A stretch of 59,195 nucleotides of DNA from Girardia tigrina. Its lineage: Eukaryota. Positions 12,661 to 24,700 of the stretch are shown piece by piece. The notes under the pieces were generated by a model. The model did not search any database, was not told the DNA's origin, and saw only the letters and a program-made list of their open reading frames with translations. The stretch's first letter is position 1. Each line of letters opens with the position of its first letter. The translations under genes and the position numbers were made by a program. The stretch lies in assembly GCA_001938485.1 (NCBI GenBank), contig MQRK01234068.1:103821-163015 (forward strand), in the 5' to 3' direction.

Positions 12661-13990
12661 TTAGGCTCTTTAGAGGGTTCACAAAAACCAAAGAGCCTAA
12701 TAGCCCCCCGATAGATCTTCAACGGGGTCGCAGTATTTTTGTCTCCGAGACCTCTCCAGCATCATTGTAATAAATGAACAGCCGTGGACTGAGGTTCCAT
12801 GGTTCTGCATCAATTTGTCTGTGTTAGCGAACTTAACACAGCCACGAAATGAACATTTGAACTTCATCCTTGCAAAGATATCTGCGATCCTAAAAGCTAA
12901 ATGTGTATCTTCAGTACCTATTGTTTCCTCGATAGCCGTTGGAGTAGTTGGAGTTTCCGTTAAAGATTAATTGTCTTCTTGTGGAATACCTTCAAAGTTA
13001 TAGATGTGAACATTATTGATGTTGTAAACTTGAATGACTTGCACTGGTAGAACTGTTGCTTCGGCGACATATAATATTTCATTGGACTTGTGTTGATAAA
13101 GATTATGGTATCTTGAAATCATCCTTTCGTTTTGTATGACGTTTTGCTATTCGGGCATTATAATGGATGACGACATTTTGTTCTTCAGGCATATCTTTAG
13201 AAAATGAAGTAAACACTAACTCATAATTTCTTCTGATATGCTTGTTCAGCTCCTTTTGCTCCGAAAATTCTTTAAAACAGTGTGCTTTTGGACATTATAC
13301 AAATTTTCCCTATCGTGTATCAGCTTTGATACATCTTTTCTTACCCTATCAATTATTCCAGACATGTTCAAAGTTTTTATATACACTTCTATGGATATAT
13401 TGGGATATCTGTGAATGAAATTGCCGATGAAGTCTTCATAGATTGCTTCATCTTCAAATAGCTACTGTGTGTTCAGACGGAGAAACTCCTGGATAGATTG
13501 TTTCTATCTTTCACTGATCTATTTTTCTAATAGGCACTCCTTCTTTCAAAATTCTTTTGACATAGTCGAAATGTTCTATTTTTTCAACTTCACTTTTGAA
13601 AGTCAGACGTCTTCATATTCTTCTTTTCGGTTTTTTTCACATTCATAACATACTTAATACAAAGGTCATAAAATTTGTTTAATTTCTTAAAAGTTTTAAC
13701 ATTAGTTTTCCAACTTTCACAGCTACAATACATTACACAAAAATACAAATAAGTATTATTTTCTTTTTTGTTTTTCATCGTCAGCTTGGAGCTCTTCAAA
13801 ACTTATTTGAGTTCTCTGATCTTCTGAGTTTTTCTGCGTAATAGTTTTTTATATCTCCATCGATATTCCCAGTGGAAGAGATTATGGATCCTAAGTAGGT
13901 TAAACTAGAAACCAACTCAAAACCGGTCCAGAAACTGGTGACTGGTAGTAAGGACCTTTAAAATAAAGACTTTTGTTTTATTGTTGTTGA
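12661..13990 (-). mobile_element. Decayed 5'-truncated RTE-like LINE, same family as 22191-23529
   Basis: TYLGSIISS thumb motif, CFKEFSEQKELNKHIRRNY and FKCSFRGC...NHGTSVH finger remnants; 3' end matches 22226-22290. Confidence 0.75.
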
Positions 13991-15944
13991 TTTAATGTTT
14001 GTTTTATTGTCAGGTCATCTCCACGTAACTTCCATTTTGATCTTCTTTTCTTTTAGAACACTCTAGCCGTCATATTCTTTATCAATGAGCAAGACATCTA
14101 TTATTATATCTATTACACAGTCATCTTAACACGGTTAAATGAAACTATGAAAAGTACCGAAAGGAAGCCAACGGTATGATAATAAAACGTTCATTTCACT
14201 ATCTTTAACTATAAATGTAAATAAGAATAAAATCATCAGTATATTATTTAATGAATTGAATGAATATAAAAAATGAAACATATAACAAATAGAAGGGGTA
14301 GGAGCCGAAAGAATAGATCTCAGAAAAAGAGTTATTGTCAAAAATAATAATGTCAAAAACTTCTTACGTAAATCTTCAAAATAGTAAACGAATAGCCGGA
14401 AAATCGAATTGACTTGCTCGTAGAGAATGTTTGTGTCAATATTTAAATTAAAGACTGATTTACTTATTGAATATTGAAGTTTTTCCTTTTTCGGGACAAT
14501 TTGTGCAAGATTTTTAATTGAAACGATGACCAAATCGAAAACTAATTAAGGATAGACAATAATAATTGTAGTACTTGGAACAAAAAGGGCTAAAAGAATT
14601 CTGTGTCATGATTGATGAAGAACACAAAATATATGTTGTCTCTATTGTCTCAAAAACGATGATAAAATTTCGACATAACCAAAATAATAATTTTAAAAAT
14701 TAAGTTTAATTATGAATGTGGAATTCTATAGCGAATCGATATCACCATAGGAATTTTAAATTATAATTTTATCACTATAAAATTAAATTACATATATAAT
14801 AAAATAATCTGAAAATAATAATAAGTAATAAATAATATTATATATATATATATAAATAAATAATCTAATAATATATAATTCTGGTTTAAATATAAGGAAG
14901 ATTTTTACAGAAACCATCAATTTTGTCTGGAAACTGAATAAGACGATAAAATTCGAAACGTTCATTCATAAAGGGGGATTCACTAAATAATGATCAGAAA
15001 ATTGACATCCAAAGCGATATTGGTCTCAAATCGAATTATAAGCTCATTGACCTTGTTTATAAAAATGTCAACGTTGGGTATCATTTAACAACAATGAACG
15101 ACCACTCGATATTTGAACCCTTCAGTAAATTTCTCAAGAAATTAATGCCATAACTCGGGGTCTTCCAAAATATTCTCAATCTATTTATTTCCAATTCCAA
15201 TTAAGAAAAGACTTTCCTATTTGATGATGCAAGAAAAATTAATCTAGCTACTCTCTTCTGTTATCAATTGACATGTAGATCTATGAACTACACTGTGATA
15301 TGTATACATGTAGTTGTTAACATTGCTTCCATTACAATCTGAGTTAACGTCGTCAACAATTAAATTAAATTACGAAAGTGTACCTTATTTGAGTCGAATC
15401 AATAAATATTTTACTATTGTGTGTGTTGGGACCAGTGAGTTTTTCCTTCGCGTCAGCCTCGGGCCTATTCATTGCACCGGCACCGAGGCAGGCGAAGGAA
15501 AAACTCCGTAAATCTAAAAAACGAAAAATAAAATATTATAATGATAATTTATAATTAATTAATTAAAAAATAGAAACTTTTAATTGGTTTTGACCCTTAG
15601 ATCCTGTCGATTTGAATATTTTCTTGTGAGAATTTGATAGCCTGATTTGTTGACGTGGGTTTGATCGGAATTTTGGCCATCTCCGGGTTATTTCTATCTG
15701 AGGACTGTTGACTTAGTGATGGATAATTGAAGGTTGACTGTGAGAATTGTCTGCTTGCTGGTTCTGTGAGTTTTTGTGACGAAAGATTGGTATAAATTCA
15801 TCCGAATTTGTGCACTTGATCAGACTTTTTATTGAATAAATTTTATTAGAGAAAAATAATTTTTGTTTTGAACCTAGATAATTTTTAGATTCTATTTCTT
15901 TTTTTTTGAAGTTGATGGAGGTTGGGGAGCACCTCAAGGTTGCC

Positions 15945-16103
15945 GATCTGTCGATAGATAACGGTAAGGGCTTATAGTTCCTGCCGAGACTATTGACGAT
16001 CAGGTAGGGAATATGAACAGGTTGTGAGGTAATTTGATGACTGCCGATCTGTTAATAGATTAACGGCAGGTGCTTATAGTGCCTGCCGAGACTATTGACG
16101 ATC
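15945..16103 (+). ncRNA. Two tandem ~57-nt hairpins, candidate pre-miRNA pair or structured RNA element
   Basis: Units 15945-16001 and 16046-16103 share an identical 22-nt 3' arm (CCTGCCGAGACTATTGACGATC); most 5'-arm differences keep pairing through G:U. Confidence 0.4.
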
Positions 16104-16236
16104 TGGAAGTTTGAGAAAGTCCTTGCCAAGTTTCATTTCTAGAAGAGAATTCGTTTCTCTCAGCCTCCATCAATTATTTTTTTGTTTTTTTATTTATTTT
16201 TTTATTTTTTTTAATCCACTCATCGTCCTTATTCAG

Positions 16237-17012
16237 CATAGATAGGAAATATAACGAAAACAAAGAGCAACAAAGAGAACTGCTGCTGGAGTTGCAGAAA
16301 TGGAAAGGCGCATGTGCCAAGCTGAATGAAAAATTGACGAAGAGGACAACCGAATTTGAGGACTACAGAAAGCATTCAGTTCCTCTATCAATTCATAAAC
16401 CGGTTGTGGATAAATATTTGTTGGGACAACAGAAAATAAAGTCCTTGCAAAACGAGGTCACCGAGATGAGAATTCACATGTCCAGCTACTACAAGAAGGT
16501 GATCGAAAAGATCTCAGAAGAGCAACCGGAAATAATTATAGAAACGGCAAGCAAGATTAGATCAAATACGGAAAAGAAGCCTCTGGTGACAAATCCAAAC
16601 ATTTATAGGTCAATTATGAAAGAGGATATGGCATCATCTTCCTCTAGGGTGCTCAGCAGATCTCAGAAGCGGCGAGAGCAGAGGAAGCGAAAGGCTCAAA
16701 TGTTTCAACAAGCCAAGAATGAGCTGCAAGCTGTTTTTAAAACCAGTCGTATTGATGTTGACGTCCAAGATGGAAAGACGGTAATCAGAAATGACACCAG
16801 TCAAAGAGAGTCTTCTGATTTTGATACCTTGCATCAAATTTTGTTGTTTTTTTCCAACAAATAATTTCCAAGAGACTATAGAACAACAAGAATGGCTGGA
16901 CTTTAAGTTAAAACTTGAAATTCAGAAGGAGAATCGTGACCGCCTACAGTTCCGCTCTATCACAACTGGTCAAGGTGAAGAGTTTGTCAATCTATCAGAT
17001 TTGGATGATTAG
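16237..17012 (+). CDS. Orphan coiled-coil protein exon with basic NLS-like motif; one frameshift at a T7 run
   Basis: Open frame begins right after a poly-T tract and TTCAG acceptor; SRSQKRREQRKRK motif; removing one T at ~16847-16853 joins ORF 16292-16864 to the tail of ORF 16791-17012; AATAAA at 17062. Confidence 0.5.
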
Positions 17013-18980
17013 GGACGATGGGTGGATTGCCTTTGATTAGCATTTTCTTTTGTTATATTTTAATAAAACAATGTCAACATATAATTTGTTCATGTTATTT
17101 TAACTTTAATCTCTGATATGAAAATGATAAACTTATAAAAAGAAATATAGTAATCAAATAAAAAAACATGTTGAGGAAAAAATAAGATAATCATTAATTA
17201 AATAGAAGTAGCATAAGCCAACTTTCATAGACTTAATATATTTAAATATAATGTAGAACCCAATAGCTACTTCATCAACTTCATTGGCGAGATAAAAGGG
17301 CCATATGGGGTTGATGGGGTACGATATGGATCTCTAATAAGTGTGAGTTAGAGACACTTAGCGGAGAGACATATCTAAATAATATGTTGTGTCCAAATAA
17401 ACTCAGATGCTAAAACATACCATGAAACATAAATTTAAATAAATAAAATTAAAATAATCATGTAGAATACAGCACTAATAATATCACACCCAACATGTGT
17501 CTCAGAGAGAAGAAGCATTGGAGAAACTTGAAAAAATAATGCTAGAGAAAAAGTGTGACTGCGCTTGGATCGGAGTGTCAAACAACTGCTTTAATTTCAG
17601 ATCAGTCGCTCGAGATACCCTCCATAAAAACAATTTTAATTAAAGATAAAATTTCGAGTCTCATAGTGATCCATAAGTCATGATTAACTTTCATTTCCGA
17701 CCTTTCGAGATGATATGAGACTAAATCAATTGCCCATTAAGTCTCAGAGGATTCGGTCGGAGTATGTTCACTCATCGGGTAATGAGTCAAATCCTTGATT
17801 TCCGGATGGCTAAGATTAGTGAACAGTAGAGGTTGACACAACTCTTCATAATTATCGATCGGATATCATGAGAAGGATCGGTTGAGATGAATGTGACGGA
17901 TAGTTGAAGACTTATTGCGTAATTGAGATACAGAAGACGCAACGAACAAAACTCTGAATACGAACTGATGTCGCAGATTGGCATGAGTTTTACATGGTTT
18001 CGAAGTCCAGATAGACATGGTTGTCCATAGCAGACGAAAAGACCTCGGATCCGTTTGCGTTATCCGCCAGAGAAATTTGAACGACGGTAAAATTATCTTT
18101 GACTATTTGTGACATTTTCACGATAATCATTTGTCTTTTGGATGCATGTATAAATTACATTTTCAATTCGTCTTCACACGCTTTCATGCTTTTTTGGACT
18201 TCATCGCTTCCTTTTCTTAACAAAATTCTATTTATGTAAATAATCATATAGAAATTGTAATTTTTGTGAATTTAGCAGTAATGTAGTCACAACAATCCCT
18301 ATTAAGAACACTAATATGATTTTCATTACTTTTTTTGACATCACAACTCGAATTGCCTCTAGGAAAGTTCTCCACAAAACTTTCGTAGTTAGACATCGAT
18401 CTTTATTGATTAATTTTTAATTCTATTTCTAAACCTCAAATTATTCGAACAAATTTTAAATTTATAATTAAAATATTATTATATATTTACTGATTAAAAT
18501 ATATTAATTTAATTTTAAAATTGTTACTTACTTTTTAAAATTGTTCGATTAACACGACTGTTCAAAACATTTAAAATATCAATCTTCCATCTGGTGGTAG
18601 GAACATAATTCTAAAAACAACATTTGAAAGTTTTCCTCTTAGTCCTATATATTTTAAATACAACAGTATAAAATGTATAGATTTATTATACAACGCCAAA
18701 CATACGCTTCGCTGACAATTATTCAGGAAAAAATAAAGTGAAAACCGATAAAAACAACTGATAAAAAGTCCGAGATTCTCATCTCCGTATGTTAACCTAG
18801 AAAATGAAGATTAGAACCCTTTAAAACCTTTATAACATATCAAATCCTGGATTGAAGAACTTCGTGAACAATATTGTCACTGAAAAAGATTACTTACAAA
18901 TAATCAGTAATCTATCTGGAAACAAAAAATGATTAAGCAAAATACAAATAGACAAATACAACTTAGGACCTAAGTTTAAG

Positions 18981-19089
18981 TTTTTATGTTTATTTGTGGT
19001 GTTTATGTCAAAACCGATTATTTAACTACCTAAGTCTTAGGTAGTTAAATAATCGGTTTTGACATAAACACCACAAATAAACATAAAAA
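18981..19089. repeat. Perfect 54-bp-arm palindrome with 1-nt spacer
   Basis: 18981-19034 is the exact reverse complement of 19036-19089. Confidence 0.9.
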
Positions 19090-19506
19090 ATAAGATCAAA
19101 ACAGTGCGAATTGGTCATTTTTAGATCCTGATCGATCAACGAATACTTCGATTTTCCAAAAACTTCAAATAAATAGAAAAAAAAATTATAACTTGAAATA
19201 GTTTAAATTGAATAAATGCCTAACGAGACTCAATGAGACCTTTCTGCATCATTGCATGTCGTTTGAATATTTTGTATAAGTCCTGAAGATTCAGGATCAG
19301 GGTTCTGATCCTTCGCATATAAAAGGAAATGAGCAGACGATAGAAGAACTGTGAAGAGATGTAGACTACATCATGTAGCTGTGTTGCGTTTTCGTTCAAG
19401 ACAATTCTAAACACCTTTTTTACTTATAAATAAATGTCATGTATTCTATGTATTTCAGACTGTGAAAATATAAAGAACTAGAATCATCAGTATTTATTGA
19501 AGATAT

Positions 19507-19628
19507 CCTAACCCTGACCGAAACCGAAATCGAAACCGTAACCGTAACCATAACCTTAACCGTAACCGTAACCGTAACCGTTACCGTTACCCGAAACTCT
19601 AACCCTAACCCTTACCATAACTCTAACC
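19507..19628. repeat. Interstitial telomere-like hexamer array (TAACCG/TAACCC variants)
   Basis: ~20 degenerate hexamers including taaccc. Confidence 0.85.
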
Positions 19629-20210
19629 AAAAAATATGTACTTATATCACACTCTCAGAGTATGATCAAATTGAGTATCAAGATAAAATTGTTCAATTCC
19701 AAAAGGAACGACAGTTTGTTCAAGAAGAACGAGAGAGATATTTATTCGGTGTACAGAAATGCTTTGGAGAATTTTTTGAAAAAAGACTCAAGAAAAAAAT
19801 ATATATGTTAATATTTATGATTTAATCATTGTGATATTTATGTTTATTCAATCTCAAAGAATTGGAAAAAAACCTCACTAAGATCGAAACCGAGTTGTCC
19901 AGATAATGTAAAGAATCCGTCTCTGTGATAACTCGAACAAATGACCTAAACTTTGATTGTTGACGAAAATTCTTTTAGTCAGATATTGTCGAATCTTCCT
20001 TAGGAAAGTTGTAGATTTTGACTATCATTCTATTTAATGTATTCTCCGAAGGATTATTTTATAAATAATATATCTAAGTTTTTATATATATTTTATCTTT
20101 AAAATATGTTTATTTTAATATTTAAGAATATTGACGTGCGTCGGTATTACTTTAATTTTTTAATTTAAGTGTTCACATTTTGAACTATTTTTGATTCAAT
20201 CCTAATAATA

Positions 20211-21500
20211 TTAGGTTGGTCGAAAAATAATGGCAGTTTTTGAGCTTTATACTTTGTTTATCTACTTTGATATGTATATGTATTTGTTTATATGTATATA
20301 AGTTTAAATGCATTAGTGTTAGATATTATTTGAAATCTTATGCCTAGCTGTATATTCCTATAGCCATTATTAACATATTGCTGTTATTTTTTAGAATATA
20401 TACGGTGCTAAACTAATAATGGAAAAAATTAAAATTCGAGCAATTTTCTTGTACGAATTTAAACTGGGTCGTAAAGCAACAGAAACGGCTCGCAATATCA
20501 ATAAAGCGTTTGGCAAGGGAACAGCTTCTGAGCGCACAGTGCAACGATGGTTCCGAAAATTTTCTGATGGAGATTTTACCTTGAAGATGAAGAAGGTCGT
20601 GGTCGTCCAGTTGCTGTGAACAACGACAATTTGAGGACAATGGTAGAAACAGATCCCCGTACAACAATCATAGAATTTGCAGATGGGTTGGGCATTAGTC
20701 ACTCAACAGTCCTGGATCATTTAAAACAACTTGGAAAAATCAAGAAACTTGATAAATGGGTTCCACATGATTTGAATGAAAATCAAAGAACCGACGCTAT
20801 GAAATTTGTTCTACCAATCATCTTCGCAATAAAAACGATCCATTTCTTGATCGTTTTGTTACCTGTGATGAGAAATGGATCCTGTATGATAACCGACGTC
20901 GATCTGCACAGTGGTTGGACAAAGATGAAGTACCGAAACACTTTCCAAAACCGAAACTAACACCCAGTAAGGTTATGGTGACAGTTTAGTGGTGTGATGC
21001 TGGAATCATCCACTATAGTTTCTTGAATCCAGGTGAAACAATCACAGCGGAGAGGTACAGTCATGAAATTGATGAAATGCATACAAAATTGAAAACCCTT
21101 TGTCCGGGATTGGTCAATCGAAAAAGTCCCATCCTTCTTCATGATAACGCTATACCTCATATTTCAAAAGTGACTCTTCAAAAGCTTAATGAGTTGAGCT
21201 ATGAAACCTTGCTTCATCCACCATATTCACCAGACCTCTCGCCAACGGACTTCTACTTTTTCAGATATTTGTATAACTTCCTACGTGAAAAAATTTTCAA
21301 AAACCAAAATGATGCTCAAAATGCCTTCCAAGAATTCGTCGCTTCGTGAACCGATGCATTTTATGCTGATGAAATAAAACAACTTGTTTCTCGTTGGCAA
21401 AATGTATTGATGCCAACGGTTCATACTTTGATTAATAAACTTTTGATTCTGTGAATTTGCACGTCTTTGAAGTTTGTGTCCCAAAACCGCCATTATTTTT
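20211..21500 (+). mobile_element. Nearly full-length mariner (DD34D), frameshifted
   Basis: TA + ttaggttggtcgaaaaataatggc left TIR; MEKIKIRAIFLYEFKLG, WVPHDL, VTCDEKW, HDNA and HPPYSPDLSPTDF motifs; partial right TIR at ~21482-21500. Confidence 0.95.
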
Positions 21501-21749
21501 AAATACTGCAGTTTATTAATATTAAATACCAAAACAGATTTTGGATATGACAACAATTTATGTGCAGTGAAAGATATAAATGACTTTGAGTTTAAATCAA
21601 ACACAATCAAGAATCATTTAAATTTCAAGTAACAAATTATTAGAGAAACTAAATTGTTCATCATATTTTTCAGAAGAATAGATGGGTCACTATCATTTCA
21701 CCACGAGAAGTTAGGAATAGTTTCAATCAATTAGGAAAACACCAAACTT

Positions 21750-24700
21750 TGCTTTAAGAGCATCACTATAAGAGTGACACTTACTTTATTTTTTTACACT
21801 AAAAATTTGCGGTCGCATTATACACGAGATACAGAAAATTTTTTTTGTGAACAGTTCATCAAATAAACTTCATTGTTGTAAAACCATTTATTAAATTGAA
21901 AATCTAATCAACACAATCTTCAGCATCAATTCCTAAACTTGAAAATAAGTCCCTGAATTCTTCAGAATTAATTACATCATCATAAACATTATCTTCTACT
22001 CTGCTTCTATCACTCTCGGCACTCTCGGAACTCTGATATAAAAGATCATCTTCTGTACCACCAAGAGAATTAGAAATTCCACATTTCTTGAATACTTTAA
22101 TTACTCGTTTTTCATCAATTGCATTCCAAGATTCTTTCACCTACGTACAAAGTGTTGATTGTGTTGGAGCTTTCATAAGTCCTCTTTCGTGGGCCTCCCA
22201 TCTCTTTCAAATGGTATTGAGCCACTAGGCTCTTTAGAGGGTCCACCTAAACTAAAGAGTGCTAGCTGGCCCCCGATAGGCCTCCTATGGGGACGGAGTG
22301 CTTCAGTCTCCGAAATTTCTTGGACTTCCCTGTTGCAAACGACCAATCATGAATTGTGGTACCATGATTGAGCATCCCTTTGGCTGTATTGGTGGACTTG
22401 GTACAGCCGCAAAAGGGACATTTGAACTTTCCCCTCGCATTTGGATCTATGATCCTAAAAGACAAATGTGTATCTACGGGAAAAGTTGTTTGCTCTACCA
22501 CCGTTGAAATAGTCGGGGTGACTGTTGCTGGCTGAAAATTGGTCGTTTGGATAAGTGTGGGTTCTTCGTCTCTGTCTGGATTGTCGCTTCTTCTGTTGGA
22601 TTGCACTGATGATTCTGTCGGATGTTCATTGATATTCTCCCTCTATTCTATTCGATGATCTTTACGCAGATTCCTAGTGAACCATCCTTTCGTTTTGTAA
22701 CCTTTGCTGAATTTGGTACATTTAAACGGTTTTTCATCTTCCGGGAGCTGAAGCAGGATGCTTACTGTGGATTCCATGTGATCTCGCTTGAGATGTCTAT
22801 TTAGCTCCTTTTGTTCAGTAAATGTTTGGTGTATCAGAGGTGTCCAACCTACTATGATAGGCAAGTCTTCTGCTTGCAATGATATCCATGGGGAGCGGGA
22901 GTCCAATGTCGATGGTGTCCATCTGTATCCTCTCAGTCTTCTGCACTTTCATGATTGTGCGGGTACACAAATTATGAAAGACAGCCAGCATCTTGATTGT
23001 TTTGTTTGCTGTTCGCCAATTCTCACAACTGTAGTATACTACGGGAAGTATGCAAGAGCTGACAATCTTCTTCTTGTTCCGTAAATAGAGTTTGGAGCTC
23101 CTCAGAACCAGTTTGAGGTCCCTGATCTTCCTGGTACCCTTTTGAATTTTTTCTCTTATCTCATCTTCAGCGGTGTCTTTTGAGGAGATTGTGGAACCCA
23201 AATAGACGAATTTGGATACCCACTCAATACCAGTCTCAAGCTGGTGTCCAGCAGTGAGAATTTTGGTTTCTCTGTTTAGGTTCATAACTTTGGTCTTATT
23301 GATATTGATCTTTAGTCCTAAATCTACAAATGAGTCATTCAGTAGAATAAGGTTTCTGATAAGATTGTTCCAGTCGGTGTGTATCAGACAGAGATCGTCC
23401 GCGTAAGCCAGTCTGTTGATCTCGAGGCAGCTTCCATCTTCAGTAGTCATCTTTGTTCCTCCTGAGAGACCATTCCTTATCGCTCGTTTCAGGACTGTAT
23501 CGAAGACGATAAAAATAGGAGCGGACTTCCTTTCGTAAACGTTTTTTCACCGTCTAGCATCCATGTACTCCATTTATCACACATTTTGTCTTTAAATGGC
23601 TTATTTAATGACAAATCAAGAGGTTGTACAATACTCGTTAGGCCACCCGGAATAACTGCTAGATGTGTGTTGGACTCGTACACACATTTTGAACACTTTT
23701 TTACTTAATGGGAACGGAACATATGCCAAACTACCAAGCTCTTCGTATTTTGTAAACCTTCCGGTCTTTGTTGCCAAAATTTTCGAAGCCAAATCTTGCA
23801 CCCTTCTTCTTCCATCCACCCCTTTGGATTCACATGAACAATAATTCTTTTTGGAAAGTCTTCCTTTGGCATTAACTTTCGCTTGAAAATCACCATTGGA
23901 TTTAATTTTTTGCCATTTGCTAAGCAACTTAAAACAACTGTAAAGTGTGTCTTTTCATGCCATGTTGTCCTAACAAATACTGTCTTCTCACCACATTTGT
24001 TGACAGTATAATTGGAAGGCATATCGAACAAAACTGGAGTCTCATCCATGTTGTCGATGTTTGCTAAATCATACATATTTTCTTTCAAGCAATTAATTAC
24101 GTACTTATGAAATGCAAGCATTTTCTCTTTTAAGTCTTTGGGCAATTTTTGTGCTATCTTTGTTTTTCGTCTAAGGACTAAGTTGCGCCTATTCATAAAA
24201 CGTGTACACCAACCTGGCGAAGCGATGAATTCTGAAATTCCTTCCTTGCGAACTAACTTAATGGCAAAAAGTCTTATTGCATTTCTTGTTATGATATAGC
24301 CACTTTCGCGTGATTCACATTTCCAGCTTGCCACATTATTTTTTATATGTGGCCACTTACAATTTGAACCTCTATTATCAAATTTGTATGAAGGCATCTT
24401 CTCTAATTTTTCTTTTAGCTTTCGCCAATTTCGGATATTACTCTCACCAATACCAAAAGGTTTTCCGGCTTGCAAATGACTTGTTTCTTCAGCTAAAGTC
24501 GCAACTTGTAATTTTAATTTTGCACAATACTTTCGGATAACGTTCTTCTCCATTGTGATAAGGTAATTAAAATATATAAATTATAAAAATAAAATAAAGT
24601 TATAAATTAAAGTATATGCGTCATTTTATTGAATTTAAATAAAAAATTCTTTAAAAAAGAAATTTATTGCATTTAAACACCGTTAAAATAAGTTGAAATA

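Noticed and set aside
14135-14533. 132-aa hydrophobic minus-strand ORF
   Set aside because: AT-rich composition, no recognisable motif, non-ATG start; likely chance.
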